This document shows, piece by piece, positions 36,168-49,500 of a stretch of 64,000 nucleotides of DNA. The position numbers and the translations under genes are program-made. The stretch comes from Ramazzottius varieornatus (lineage: Eukaryota; Animalia; Tardigrada). Below the pieces are notes generated by a model, which saw only the letters and a program-made list of their open reading frames with translations, had not been told where the DNA came from and made no database searches. Within the stretch, counting starts at the first letter, position 1. The number at the start of each line of letters is the position of its first letter. The stretch spans positions 310,001 through 374,000 of the forward strand of contig BDGG01000018.1 in the NCBI GenBank assembly GCA_001949185.1. Direction: 5' to 3'.

Positions 36168-39100
36168 ATGACGATAATACTCTTTCTCCTGGATAACTCG
36201 ATATCCATGGGGCAGAAGACCAACTCGGGGTGCTCCTTTCTCGATATCGCAAAGAAGTCGGTCGAGATGTTCTTGAAGGTAGGCAAACGGTTGGCTTCAC
36301 TTCACTGCATGAGGCTCCAATTGATTGACTGAACGTCCATTGAATCGTTACTGATCGCAACTCGCTTTCTCTTCCAGTTCCGGTCACGAGATTTCAACCA
36401 TCGAATGGATCGCATTATGCTTATGACTTTTGACGAGCCTCCAACGCACTTGAAGGTAACTTTCCGGTCCTTAAACGGGAGAAGATCTATTCACGCTGGG
36501 AAGACGTTGTGGCTGGCTTATTTTAAGTTATAATGTACCCGAATGTATTGGGGATGTGGTCTACATTTCGTGCGGTATGACGTCACTAGCCAGCTGGTTC
36601 GGCTGGGTTTTCGCCTAACCTGGATCACCTGTGTGTTACGCAACGGAGGCGCTTTTGACTGGTCCACCCGCTATGTGCCCAAACTGACGTTTCTGTTTTT
36701 ATTGTAGGTTGGCTGGAGGGAATCTCTCCTTGTCTTTCAGAATGAGCTCAAAAACATGCAAGCTACGGCCATGTCAGATGGCTCACAAATCCTGTCGTCA
36801 GCTTTCGAGATGCTCAATGTTAATAGACTGCAGAGTGGTATCGATACGTATGGCCAAGGCCGAAATCCGTTCTACGTCGAGTCCTGCGTGATCGTCCTCC
36901 TCACTGACGGCCACAGCTTTACGATGGAAAGCCAGTCGGAGGTCCGTATCACTTACTAGACCTGCACAAAAGATTCGCTGGTAAGAACGTTGTATATCTT
37001 CCAGCTCATCGTAACGATGAACAGCAAAATTCCCGGTCTGGAGTTGACGAGAGAACCTTACCGATGGGACCAACGTCTCTTTAGCGTCGTCCTGAAAATT
37101 CCTGGTGTCCGGATGGAAGAGCCAAACCCTGCTGAAGCTCCTCCAGACATGGTACCTCGAGATACTTCAGCGCTTGAAGGCTTCAGCAGCCTTACAGGAG
37201 GTACGGTAATTTAACTGAAGAGTAACGTATGCGCATGCATGAATACGTTTAGTGGTTTGTGTCTAAACTTGGTCTTCCAACAGGCCGGTCTTTCTGCATT
37301 GAATCTGTCCGTTGGGTGGACAATGTGATGATGAAACTGGCTGATCTAGTGGCACAAAACGGTGTCATGGTCAGGCTTGAACCCAGTGAGGAAGCGGCCT
37401 TCCACGCTTCCGCCGTTAACCGTATGATCTTCCTTCCCCGCAATCCTCAGAAAAGCCACGCCAATGGCCACTGGCCCCTCCCTGAGCCCTTCTGGGCCGA
37501 TCTCCGAACACAAAGCGTCATAGTAAGCTATGAACCATCACAAACCAAGAACAAACGACAAGGAAATAACCAAGAATAAGAATAAAAGAAATCTAGAATA
37601 AAGAACGTCGATTTATAATCCACACATAAGAATAAAGAAAGTCGTTGTAGTCGAACACATTTAATCAGATATTCAGTAAAAAGTCTCCGAAAAGGTTTAC
37701 CAAGCTTGATGATTGTGCTGTTGTTGCAGCCTTCGCGGGATTCTCATCCAGTCCTGAAGTTCCAGCCGAGCATGGAAGAAATACCAGTAGCGCCCTCTTT
37801 GGGGGACGTGCCACTTCCGGTGGACAAGTACGAAGTGGAGCAGTCCGCCCTTACTTCCGAGTTCCTGGAAAAGGCCGAACGCTACAAGCACTGGCCTGTC
37901 TACGTCAACGCCACAACGGGACCCGACCGACCGCCCATTCCCCAGCTGTGTGGCTATCTCGCCATGCAGAACCGAACAGAGACTGGACAAGGGCCCGGGC
38001 CGGGACCAGGACCGGGAAACGAGAAAGTCCTAGCACTTCACGTACTTCCGGTCAACTATCCCATCCTTTTCGACCTTCTCGGTAAGTAGTGCCAGCCAAC
38101 CTTATTAATCTCCTGCTAACGAGCAGTTTCAATGTTGAATCTTCGTGTTTCCCACAGAAAGGTTTAACAAGACACAGAACAGGAAAGAATGGAAGGCGCA
38201 GTTTGACTCGTACATCCAGGGCATACCTCCTTACATGGCTTCGGTAGGTCGCGAGAGGAAGTCAGTTGGCCGCACCACCTTTACGGTTCCTTTATTTCAT
38301 CTACTTTGTAGGCAATCAGGAGGTTTCTGCTTAAAGCCAACCTCCACACGATGATTCCGGACTCCTACGACCAGTGCCTTAGTACAGACTTGCAGAACTA
38401 CCTGCGCAAAGTCAAAGTGCAGGTAAGTGGACTGGCAAACGTCTGAAGGGGTACTACAATCGAAGCGTCTGTCCTGTTGTATTAACAAACGGTCTTCTGG
38501 TTTGCAGGCGAAAGCAGTTTTTGAAGGCACGACTGCATATCCCAACCAGCCCCTGCCTATTCCTGATCTCATTCCTGTGATCCAGCGGTAAGAGTCGATA
38601 TGTTCTTTATATTGCAGAACTGGGAGCTCAGCGAAGAAACTTAGCCAGACCGTTTTCTTAAGTGGCGCATGCTTCCAGCCAGTACTACTGTAAGCGTGCG
38701 GAAGCGATCTGCTCAAATTTTGAGGAAGCGATCTGCTCAAATTTACTCGCCGAGTTACCCCCACTTGTGTTTCGGGAACTCGTGGAATGCTGTTTGTCTG
38801 TAATCTTGTTGATCATAATTTGATCTTTGTGTGGTTGCAGGTTTCAGAGTGCGGTACCGACGCTAGAGACTCCCTCTCCAGATGCGAATGCTCCGCAGAA
38901 GGACAACTATGACGACCTCCTAGCCAAATCGGTCCAAGAACAGATGGCCAACGACGCCAACACATTTCGCATGCATCTTCGACTGCCCATCATCATGCAA
39001 CAACGCATCCACATTCCCCTCCACCACAACCCATTCGACGTGGACCGCGAAGACCTCGTTAGCCAGCTAGCCAGCCTGAAGTTTTCCCTCCTCCATCCCC

Positions 39101-40891
39101 ACCGGTGGAAAGGCTCGACCGGTACGTCCGGCTGTCTTCCACCTTTCTTGAACCACCAAACGAAAATTACGAAATAGATGACTTTTATTATTTGGTCGGC
39201 ATTTTTCTACTCGAAAAACAATTGGGAAGGAGGGCAGAAGAAGCGTGCAAGATAATAATCTTGCACGTTTCCCAAGCGGCGCGCGGGTTCATTGTCGCTG
39301 GCCGGAAGAGTGCGCCACTTGAGATAGTGATCTTGCCCGTGTCGTTTGCCGGCCTCCCATTTGGGGACTGACAGTTTCTTTCAGTTCTTCTCAATTACAA
39401 GATGAAACTATTTATTATTTTTCTGTAGAAGCGGACAAGAGTATCCCGATCGCTCAAATGGGCAACTATCAAGAGTACCTCAAAGGAGCCTTACAGCCAC
39501 TGAGAGACTTGGCGGAAGACGCACCCAAGCAAGTCAACAACACCTTTGGAAATCCTTGGATATCACCCAAGAAGGTGAGGTCGGGGTTTCATCATCATTT
39601 TTTGAGTATCTGTACATTGGCTAAAGCTATCAGTTTCCTCAGATGCGGCAGAGATCGGCATCCGCTGGTGCTGGCGGAATGGGCGGTATGGTCGACGAAG
39701 CCGACGTTGACAACCTCGGTGCCTCCAACGGACCTCCCCGACTAAAACGGACTCTTTCCGAAGTCAGGGAAGGAAGTAGCTCGACTCCTAACGCCCTCAA
39801 GAACAAGTTGCGAGCTGGTCTCCGGTCGCCCGTCAAGCGACAGCGGCACCAGAGTGAGCCACCGTTGTCGTCAGCGCTGCTCACTAACGGCCTCACTCCC
39901 TCCATTTCCATAGCGGAGTCAGCTGCATTACCGGAACCGCTAGATGTGCCCATGCCTTCTTCCTCAAAGATAGTTCCGGTGACTGCTGAGGACATTTCTC
40001 CCGAAGAACCGCCAGGTAATCGACTCGTGCCTCTGGACATTTTCTAACAGTTGTCAGATGACAGCTCAAACTGGACACGATTGTTTCCCCAAGTGGCGCA
40101 CGCTTCCAGTGTTATTGCGCTACTTGATAAAACGACTTTGGCGCGTTTGGCTGCTAATGTCCCAAATACATTTATAATTCTAAATATCTGCAAAATATCT
40201 GTTGGATTGTTATTTTCAAGTTTCAGCTTTATTGAAAAGCCAATATTCTGTCCTCGAAAAGCAAGAAGTTAGCGAAAAAACGAAAAACAAACTACACATG
40301 GAAAGACTTTCCTTTCTCCACATCTAAAACGTAAAACAACTCGTCAAGACGTCCTTTACGGTGGAGAGAACAGAATAAGAATTTCTATTTGTATCTGTAT
40401 TTTTATTTGTATTTGTAGGTACTTTCGCTGAGCTGGTATTAGATGAGCCAGACGACAGGCCCGAAAGACCAGAGAGACCTCCACCGCCTTTGCTAACGAA
40501 CGGTCATCCCGAAGGCCATACCAATGGCGAAATGACGGACGAGGAAACACCGCACAACTCTCCGAGAGGAAACGAGACACACTCGCAAGAGTCTGTGTTA
40601 AAGATGAAACTCCTGGCTTTGAAAGAAATTCGAAGTCCCGGACGAAGTGAGCTATCGATACTGTGCCCTCCCTCACTTCCGCGGTGAGGTTTCCGGCGGG
40701 AAAATGTTTGTGTAATGGTTCATTTTGTTGTAGATTTCAAGAAAATACTGGAGATGGTGAACTGCATCAACGGGAACGTGACGTTGAAGAAGACTGTGAT
40801 TGACAGTATCATAACGGAAGCACGAAGGTATCGTCGAGATAGTCTGATAGTCGTTTTACAGAAGAATTTTCCTGCCTTTACTTCGTCGTGA
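36168..40891 (+). CDS. INTS6: Integrator complex subunit 6
   Basis: MTIILFLLDNSISMGQKT (VWA start), NRLQSGIDTYGQGRNPFYVE, EPYRWDQRLFS, GHWPLPEPFW, PVDKYEVE, MGNYQEYLK, FGNPW, KEIRSPGR and a C-terminal EARRYRR. TGA at 40889-40891. Confidence 0.95.
38659..38767. repeat. Palindromic element, copy 5, right arm split by a 60-bp insertion
   Basis: TAAGTGGCGCAT-25nt-GTGCG[38701-38760]CCACTTG, INTS6 intron. Confidence 0.7.
39273..39321. repeat. Palindromic element, copy 6
   Basis: CAAGCGGCGCGC-25nt-GTGCGCCACTTG, INTS6 intron. Confidence 0.8.
40090..40126. repeat. Palindromic element, copy 7 (internally deleted)
   Basis: CAAGTGGCGCAC-13nt-TTGCGCTACTTG, INTS6 intron. Confidence 0.7.
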
Positions 40892-43554
40892 TAGCGGTGA
40901 TGATTCGTGCAGAGAAGTGTTTTCTATCAATATTTATTTTCATTTTGGAGATCGCTGGTTTGAAAACGATTAATATTGAGGAGTGTTTTTTCATACTGCT
41001 TGATATTTTCTAGAGTGATTCTCTCTGTCTCGATGGAAGGTTCTTGCGAGGAAAATGTCCTGGGGTTATTTCCTGTCTGGTCGATCGCAGTGAAAGTAGT
41101 GACCAATGATGAAGTATTCTCTCACTCTCCGTATGTGTGTGTCTGTGTGTGTGTGTCGATATTGTAAGTTGTTTTATAGCTTCCGCAATGTGCAATCAGC
41201 GGACAAAGCGGCCTTGCTCAAACATGGTGGAAAACACCACAGATATATCACGTAACGAGACGAAATGTCGGCCAAATGTTGGACAGTCCACGTAATAGCA
41301 CACATGTCTGAACGCATGCTCTGGCTTTCCCTCTCACCGACCATCGTCAATCGTAACAGGCAACAAAACAACAGTGACAACGCCTCTTTGACTTTCAGAA
41401 AGAAAGAACGGTCTGCATGGAGGTTCTATAAATACTCGGACTCTTTCCTCGTGTGTCCATTACAGGGTAATTTTGCAGTTACATCAGCCTCCGCAGTTCG
41501 CCCCACTTAAACCAACGCACCCGTAATTAACACTGTTATTTATTAATACTTGCAGTTTCAGCAACAAGCCTCTCCGCCTTGCCACCGGAAGGTCTACTGG
41601 GAAAATTACGAGAAAATTGCGAAAAAATTGAATTGAACGTTTAAATTGAGATTTGGTTTCAAACAGGGCGTTTCCCAGGTCGAGCAATTTTCGTAGAAAA
41701 ATGGCAAATGGGGTTCAACAACGAGGAAAAAAGGCTGGCTAAGTCGACGGAACTTGTTTCTAGTGGTATTTGGACAGTGGTCGATTTATTGACCATAGCG
41801 GATTTTTCCAACTTGGGTGACGATGAAGTGTGGACATTTTTCAGCTCAGCCCAGCATGGTATGGCATGGTCTTGATGGGAAAGGCGTCTGGTTATGGTTT
41901 GAGCGAGGACAGCTTAACCTGATTTCTGCCCATTCGGACAGTGATAAGGGCGAGCTTATGAGATAACGGTTGAAGTAAGCGGGGAAGGCCTCGTGCTGGC
42001 TATTGGGTATCGACGGAAGACCAATTTAAAAAAGCTCAGAGCTTGGAAGGCGATGCGAGGGGGAAATCGGGTTACGGCACCGATGTGACCACCAGCAGTG
42101 AAACCGGCACGCTCCAAATCAGACCGAACACGATCCACGACTGGGCCCGGGGATCCTCTGTCAAGGAAGGAAAAGGATGGCGGATTAGCGTGAAAGCCAG
42201 TCAGTGGACGAACGATCGATCGATAGAAACATTGGCGAGTGAGGAGAGGAGACCTGGTTAAATGGCTCTGCTGGGACCATGCGGGTGCGTGGATGGATGG
42301 AAGCCCGCAGTGAAGACCGACAGCCAGTCTTGGTGTTGCATTGATGGCCAGCATGGCGGCGGAAGAGGGCTTCGCCGCTCTGTAGACTATCAGGCAAACC
42401 TTTGGACTGCCCAGTAATTTCCATGTTACGCGATCGATGCCTGTCGACTCAAAGTGAAATGGCAATGTGATAAGCAGCTACCTACACAGGTAGAAAGGCT
42501 CGCCGCTACATACCGAACGTGACACTACAGTACTGCGGGGCCACTAGAAGAAAGTCAGACACCCTTGTAGGAAAACATGCTTCAAGGAAAGGGCTGTGTC
42601 CGTCTTCCACATTCCAAGTTTGGTTCTTCCGGACACAGTGAAATTTAAATGAAGACAAATACCGCACATGTTCTTTGTTGTTGAAGTATGCCTTCTGTGG
42701 TCGTGATTTCAACTCTTTGCCGGAACGATGCTGTCTTCGGGAGTAGTGGGCGTAAGAATTTTAAAAGTGGACCACGCTAATAGCCGGCCTTTATTTCCCC
42801 AAAACCGCGAGAAGGTTTCTGAAATCAGCGAGATGTGCTAGGCTCTTAGGCGGCTTCCTGGAACAGAGAAAACCTAGAAAGGAAATGCGGCGACCAAGAA
42901 GCAGGATATGATTACGTCGGGCCGGTCTGGGCTGCGAGCAGCAAGCAGCGAGCCTGCAGCCTTTCAGCTCTTGCCAGGAAATCGAAACCGGAAAGACGTC
43001 ACCACTTGTGGCCCAGCCAGTGGCGCCACGGTCAGTTGCTAGATACAGTAAGCTAGCGTAGTACGTAATGGTGAAGGGGTGATGTAAGAGGTGTCTGTTG
43101 GTCGATCGACCAATGGACAAGGGGTGGTACGGCCCAGTGGATGGCCCACGGCGAGTGGTCTGTTGTCTGGTACAGCGCGCGCCAGTCTCCGGTGGATGGG
43201 TCGTACAGGGTACGGCGTGAGCAACATAGAACCCACCATGACTACTGAGAACTGGGCTGGCTTCGGTCAGTTACGGATCGCCTGTGTACAACGGCAAGCC
43301 TCAACAGCTGGCTTCGATAGACGGCACGCGTTTTTCTACTTTCTCTCCTTCCATCATTCCGTTCTCTCGTTCTGGGCTCGCCTCGGTCTCGCAACACAGC
43401 CCTAGCCAGCTCGATCACCACTGCATAGTCCCCATCCAGTCCGTCAAGCCATCACGTAATGCCCAGCCTGCGTGGTCCTCTTTTCTCCTCTACTGATAGG
43501 AATACTTTCCCCCACTCCACGCGCTGACGCTCATCGCGGGATTGGAATAGAAGA

Positions 43555-46500
43555 ATGTCTAATAAACGCTCACGAAAGCAGGATCGACCACAACCTTGCC
43601 GCACTGAAGACGACTCGATAGGTAAGGAATTTTATCAAATTTTTCCAATTAAGTCTTTGGCCGAAAACTCCAGCTGGAAAAATGCGCCAAGTGATCGGGG
43701 ATGGGAGGGATGCTGATCTCTTGGCGCACAAAGTGATGGTTCGGAACAATAGGATCTCTGTGTGAGTTGTGAGATTTGTGTGAGTAATGGAATAGATGGA
43801 GGGAGATGATATTTTTTGTGCCGATGAAGAAAGAAGGCGAGTGTTGAATTTCGTATGAGGATCGAACATACGGGCAGAGTGCAAGTCACGTGACTCCGCC
43901 TCCCTGTAAATGGATGTGTATGCTTTGTACAGTAGTGTGGGGACTGGGAATTACGTAAGGGAAGGCCTAGTCGAAGCAGAGCAGGCAGTGAGGGACGACT
44001 CGTCTCGCTGTGACGTCATCGCCAGTTGCAACTGGCGCATTGTTGCGCGCGTTATCAACGCTCACAGCTGTACGCCATTGAACTAAGAACCGGTTTACCT
44101 TTGTCGCGCAACTTCCTGTCTTTGCCCGCAAGCTGCCTTCTAGACCTTCAAAGTCTCCTCTATTCGGACCAAGTGAAGTTTGGGGAAAAGGCTGGGCTGG
44201 AAAGAAGTTGTAGGCTTGGACAGAGTGCGCGAGTCGAGTCGTGGCTGCAGTGGGCAGTTGACGTGACGCTTGACTAGGCAAGTGAGCGAACGAACATGCT
44301 GATTCTTCTGGGCCTCCAACTCGGCAGACTTCGAGATTAGACTTCTCTCTTCTCATGATCAGACACATCAACGTCGAATGTCATAACTGAATGATCAAAA
44401 AACTCGTCCTCTCTTACGTTAGCTTTCCTCCAGGCCATGTTTTACATTCGGAAAAACTTACGATCATAAGACGAAGGGACTTACTACCCGTAATAACCGG
44501 CGCACTTTGGTCGCCCAGATGGTCAACCGTAGGGAAACCCACAATGAATTTCCTCTGACAATTCGGGACCTCTGCAAAGCCCAGAAATTACTGGGAAAAA
44601 ATATCCAAATACAGCCTCTGAAATTAACATTATGAAATAAAAATCTTGCGGAGCTTGGCGAATTGCGTTTCGCAGCTCCTTCGGTATTTGGAAGCTGGGA
44701 AACCAAACTCGTGCACATCGTTTCTCCAAGTGGTGCACTCTGTCAGCGCTATTGGCTGGAAGGATGCGCCACTTGGTTACAACGATCTGGCAAAGTCTGT
44801 TTGCCGAGCGCCCTCTTGCAGATTTTTCAGGTGAGTTCCTTTTCAGGCTTTTGTTTATGAGTGCGGAAGTGGTCAGGTGTGACGGTCTCGTCAAGATGCT
44901 TGTTAAGGAATTACGTCGTTGTCGGTAGTGTAAATTACCTAACGGAAGGCCGAAGGAAGCAAAGCAGCGAGAAGTCTGCTAAGGCGACGTAATGTTGATT
45001 ATTAGGCCGAGTCAGATGAAGTTTGCGGAAGCTAGACATGCTCACATGGTTCTCCAGCTGGAAAACCGGATTTCGAGCAGGCTTAATAGGACCACTCCAG
45101 TCCACCGAAAGCTTTTTCTCTGCACTTTGACGCAGACCCTGAGTAAGCGACGGAAAGCACAGGCACTCCCCATTAATGCTGTCTTTTTTATAGGAATGGA
45201 CCTGGGCTGGTTTCTCGGCGGAAAGTCGAAGAACCAGTAGCCGTATAGTGTGAACAGTGACAGAATGAAAGACGGACTGTATATTTTTTATGGGAAAGCA
45301 GTCAGACGTGTTGAAGATTAGATGAGGGCTTGCAACTGTCCTTCCTTCCTTCCTTTTCCTTTCTTTCTTCCAATCCATCGGCGGATGGACTAGGCCACAT
45401 GACAGAGCAGGTTCTCTTCTGCTTCTGCGCAATCGATATTTGAATCTGGAGGGTAGAGCGCTGGCGATCCAGGCCGTCAGTTACTGACTAGTGGGCACGC
45501 GGCAAGAGGGTCGTGGAATGCGCTGTGGCCGGCTCTTCCATGGTTTCCGCTGCTCGTCGTCTTGGCGTTGCAATTGAATTGCAGCCAACATGAGGGCGAC
45601 GGGAAGGACTGCAAAAGTGATAGCGTCATCGATTTTTGCCGGCGCTGCCAAGTATAACATGAAGCGCTGGCTGGAACATGCAAAGTCGTCTCTGTCCAGC
45701 TTTACATATAGCCATTGCAGCGGCAACTGAATAACCATTCATGGCTAACTGCCACCGGAAGAGACGAAGGCTTGAGCCAGCTAGCTATCCAGCTGTCAGC
45801 GAATATTCAGGCCTTTTCTGCCTTCATGCTTCGTCATCGAAAGCCTGCCAGCCACCGTCCCTCAGCGCAATCTGCGCAACTTGAACATGCAAACCTTGTA
45901 GGCCGCTGCCTTCGCCACTGGTTCGCTTCAGCGGGTACTTGGCTCTCTTGTTGAACGTTTGTAGCGAAGACCACATGTTCAGCGTCTGCCCTACTCAGAT
46001 GGAATATGATAGAAGAATTATAGCAAAATGCCTAGACCGTGTTGCCAAAGTGCACTGTTTGTCCAGTACCGCAGCTGCTACAACCACAGCAATTTCCAAC
46101 TTTGGAGATGTGTAGTACTGGCAACGACAATTCAACCCCGGCTTTTTGTTCCTGGGATTTTGTCGAGGTGATGCATTGGTGGGTCGGTGGTGACAAGTTT
46201 GAAGGTGTCGACCTACTTGCTCTAACAGTAGGAGGAGAATGGCCATGCGCTTGGCTTGACCAAGAGAAGTACTAGAACAGCCGGGCCATAGACAACAAAA
46301 TGTTGATTGTGCTTTGTGCGACTTGTTGCTGGTGTTGGACGCTGGCCTCTTTGCTGGTAAACAGCAACCGTTGGCCCACTTTGCCAAGCTAGCCTGCGTT
46401 CGAAGTGGTCAGGCCTCGGAGCCGGACCCAGCGTGTTGTCACAAATGATCGCCATCGGCCCAACCAATGCTAATCTGCTTGTGGCTGTTGACAGCATCAG

Positions 46501-49500
46501 CCGCCATCTTATATATTCAACAGACTTCTTATGGCACAGTGGTCGAAGTAAGCGCACAACACAACACATGGTAGTGCTCTGCCTTCATATCACAAAACCT
46601 TATCAGCCATTGTTTAGACGTTGGCCAACATGAATAACACCAACAGTGACGATGGCTCCATGTTGTCCGAATGCCTCAGTCGTTAACAGTATGACCATAG
46701 GAGATTCAGCTATGCAGTGAAATGAGGTGATTGAGGGCCAGCGGACCAAGCCTTTTCTGACCGCTCTGAATACGCCAATGAAAGCAGTAGGAGCAAGTCA
46801 AGGCGATTAGCCATTGTAGCTTGCCTATAGAGGCTAATGGTCTTGTAATTACGACAAGTGGCGCGAGTGTCGCACTGACCAGTGGACATAATTGACCACG
46901 CGAGACTGTCATGAGTCTGCACTGGGCGGCTTCATCTTCCTTGAGATACAAGGCCGATACTGTTTCTCAATGGTCCATGGGTGGAAAGTCATGACAACGT
47001 CAAGCGCCCTCTACCGAGAGGTGGTCAAACTGAAACTTCAGCAAGCACTTTGCAGTGCTCAAAGTCCCACTGCAGAAAACCTGGCCTTTTTTGGCCAAAA
47101 GTTAAGCTGTAGCCCTACTGGCGTCGAACCGTTAACGTTTATGTAAAAAAGCGTCAATAGCTACAATGGGAGTAAAAACAAGCTGTAGATTTGCTCAAAA
47201 GACATGAGCGGTGTTTAGGGTGGCTTACACTGTTAGAGGTTGGGGGAAAAGAAGGGGGGGGGGTGGGAAGTGTAGCGCTTGGTTGACAGAATACTGTAGA
47301 TGATGAATGAGTGTAGCCTGTTGCGTGTGGTGCAAGAGGAGGGTGGATGGACAGTGGATGGAGGGAGGTCAGTGACACGCTGGTCTTGGTGCTTGTAGCT
47401 ATGGTTGTTGAGAGAGAGAAGTGGATTAACGGTGTTTGTGGAATTTGGCTGCTGATGATGGTCAGTTGAGAGTGACGAGTGGTCATCTGCGCGCTGGCCT
47501 TTATGGTCAGTGGGTTACTTGGTCATCTCGCAAACTCCAACGGTCATTCACCCACTGCTATCTCCTCCGCTAGACGTCAGCCTAGACTGCTATTGCTGGT
47601 GGGCAGCCCAGCTGACCGCTAATCTATCTGGACCAAAGCCGCCGTAATATTATAACGGTGCGCTACTTCCAACATGTCGACGTGACAGCCCCACTTTACA
47701 ATGCAACTGTGACTGGGCTAAGCTGGAGATAGCCCTTACGTTTTGCCACGTAAACGTGATGAAGGAAGCAGGAGAAAACTTCTGCTAGAAAAGGCTGAAG
47801 CCTTCCCCCACATCAATTGCCGCACTGGCCAAACACAATGCGCCACTGTTCAGAGCTTGCGCTTTCTGAAGTTCACGCGCGAAGGTAAAGTTTGGAGCAG
47901 TAAAAAGTTTGGATCAGGCGATTCCGAAACAGCAGCACGGAACACGTTCGTACGTGTTCAATTCACACCAATGGACGTTTTGGCGGTTTTGGCTTTTTAT
48001 GGTTGAATTTTGAGTCTGCCGTCTTTTCCGTCTGATCCAAACTTTTTACTGCTGCAAACTTTCCCTTGGCGCGTGTACAGAGAATGGTTACCAACCTGGC
48101 CCAGCCGACACGACTTTTTGAGGAGGAGTAAAGAACTGTAGTGAAAACGCCATACTGCTGATAGGCGATCAATGAGGTCTGTCGTTTGGCGCAATTGTCA
48201 ATTAATTCTTTTGTAAGGGTGACTTGATCTTGTCCATAGTCAAATTGGCATCTCTTGTCGGATTTCGAGATGTTGGGACAGGCCATCTCGTTCTGTTTTT
48301 TTGGCCTCGGCCATGGAAAGCTGGGATGTGGACTGGAAGATTGAAGGGTGGGGCGGTGTACGTCGAGCAGGCTGCAGCAAGTAAGTCAGCAAGCGGCAAC
48401 CCGTGTAGAAATTAAGCGAAAAACAGAGGATGGCACAATGGTTGTAGTGGGATGATATATAGAAAGGTCTTTTGTTAGTTGAACCTTTTAGGGGGCAATC
48501 GGGGATACACTTGGGCGCGATGGTCGCTTGGTAATTAGCGTCGAGCGTGTGTGTGATGGAGCGAGCGGAAAGCGAAGGCACAGTGCAAGAGGCTTGTTTG
48601 TCTGCCATGGTCGTTTGACTGGCTATCTAGCCAGCCTCAACCTTGACCACTGTCCACTTGCAGTTTGGGCTGTTGTTGTTCGGTGCCCGTGCCGCAATAG
48701 CATAACAGCGGGACAAACAAGTGTGGTGGTCAATGGCCGGTCGACGGTTACGCTAGCCATTGGTCACTCAAGCTTGTTGTTGTGCGCGCCTGCCTCGACC
48801 TGACCAGACTGGTCACTCAAGCAGGACTATAGCGGCGGATGTTACGTATAAGCAGGCGTACGCCGATGGTCAGGCAAGACCAGTCAGTGGGTTAGTGAGG
48901 CAGGAGTGTCCTGGTGAGAAAAGTTGGCAGCAAAATATGTTTTGATGGCCATGGTCAGTTCAGCGCCCAAGTTGAACCGTGGCGCAGATGACCACTCCAT
49001 CCAGTTGAATTTCTCTTGGCCATGGCACTTTAGTCAGGGTACCTTTCTACTTTTCAATCTGCTCTTTCTTCGAAGAGAACCCCCCGCCCGACAATTTTGT
49101 GCAATTGACTTGTGTCTTATCGGAATACTCTTTCGCCGGTCAACTCTCTGTGGCAATCAGTTGAAAAGTTTATTGGGACTTTGTCCTTGGATGATGTCCT
49201 GTATTATTCCGCAAGATTTTTTCGCTTGAAGTTTCCCCTCTATAGATGAAATCAGCTTGTCGAACCCGCCAGGCAATTACCGTAGAAAATTCCCGTAAGC
49301 TAAATGTTCTTCCCCATGGTGTAACATGTCTGGATATACTTACTGCACGTGTCTTGTTGAGGTCCTGGTTGATTCGAAAGCACGATAGTACCCGTTATTT
49401 GCGAAATAAATGGACTTTTTGGCAAGACAGTGGAAGACGTGTTTTTGCTTGGTTGCCTTCTGGCAGAGAGGACTAAAAGGGCATTTTATGGTCTTGCAGG

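Noticed and set aside
46855-46866. Solo half-sites of the palindrome (also ~47838, ~55423, ~56599, ~6913)
   Set aside because: No partner arm at 24-26 nt. They could be remnants or chance matches and were not counted.
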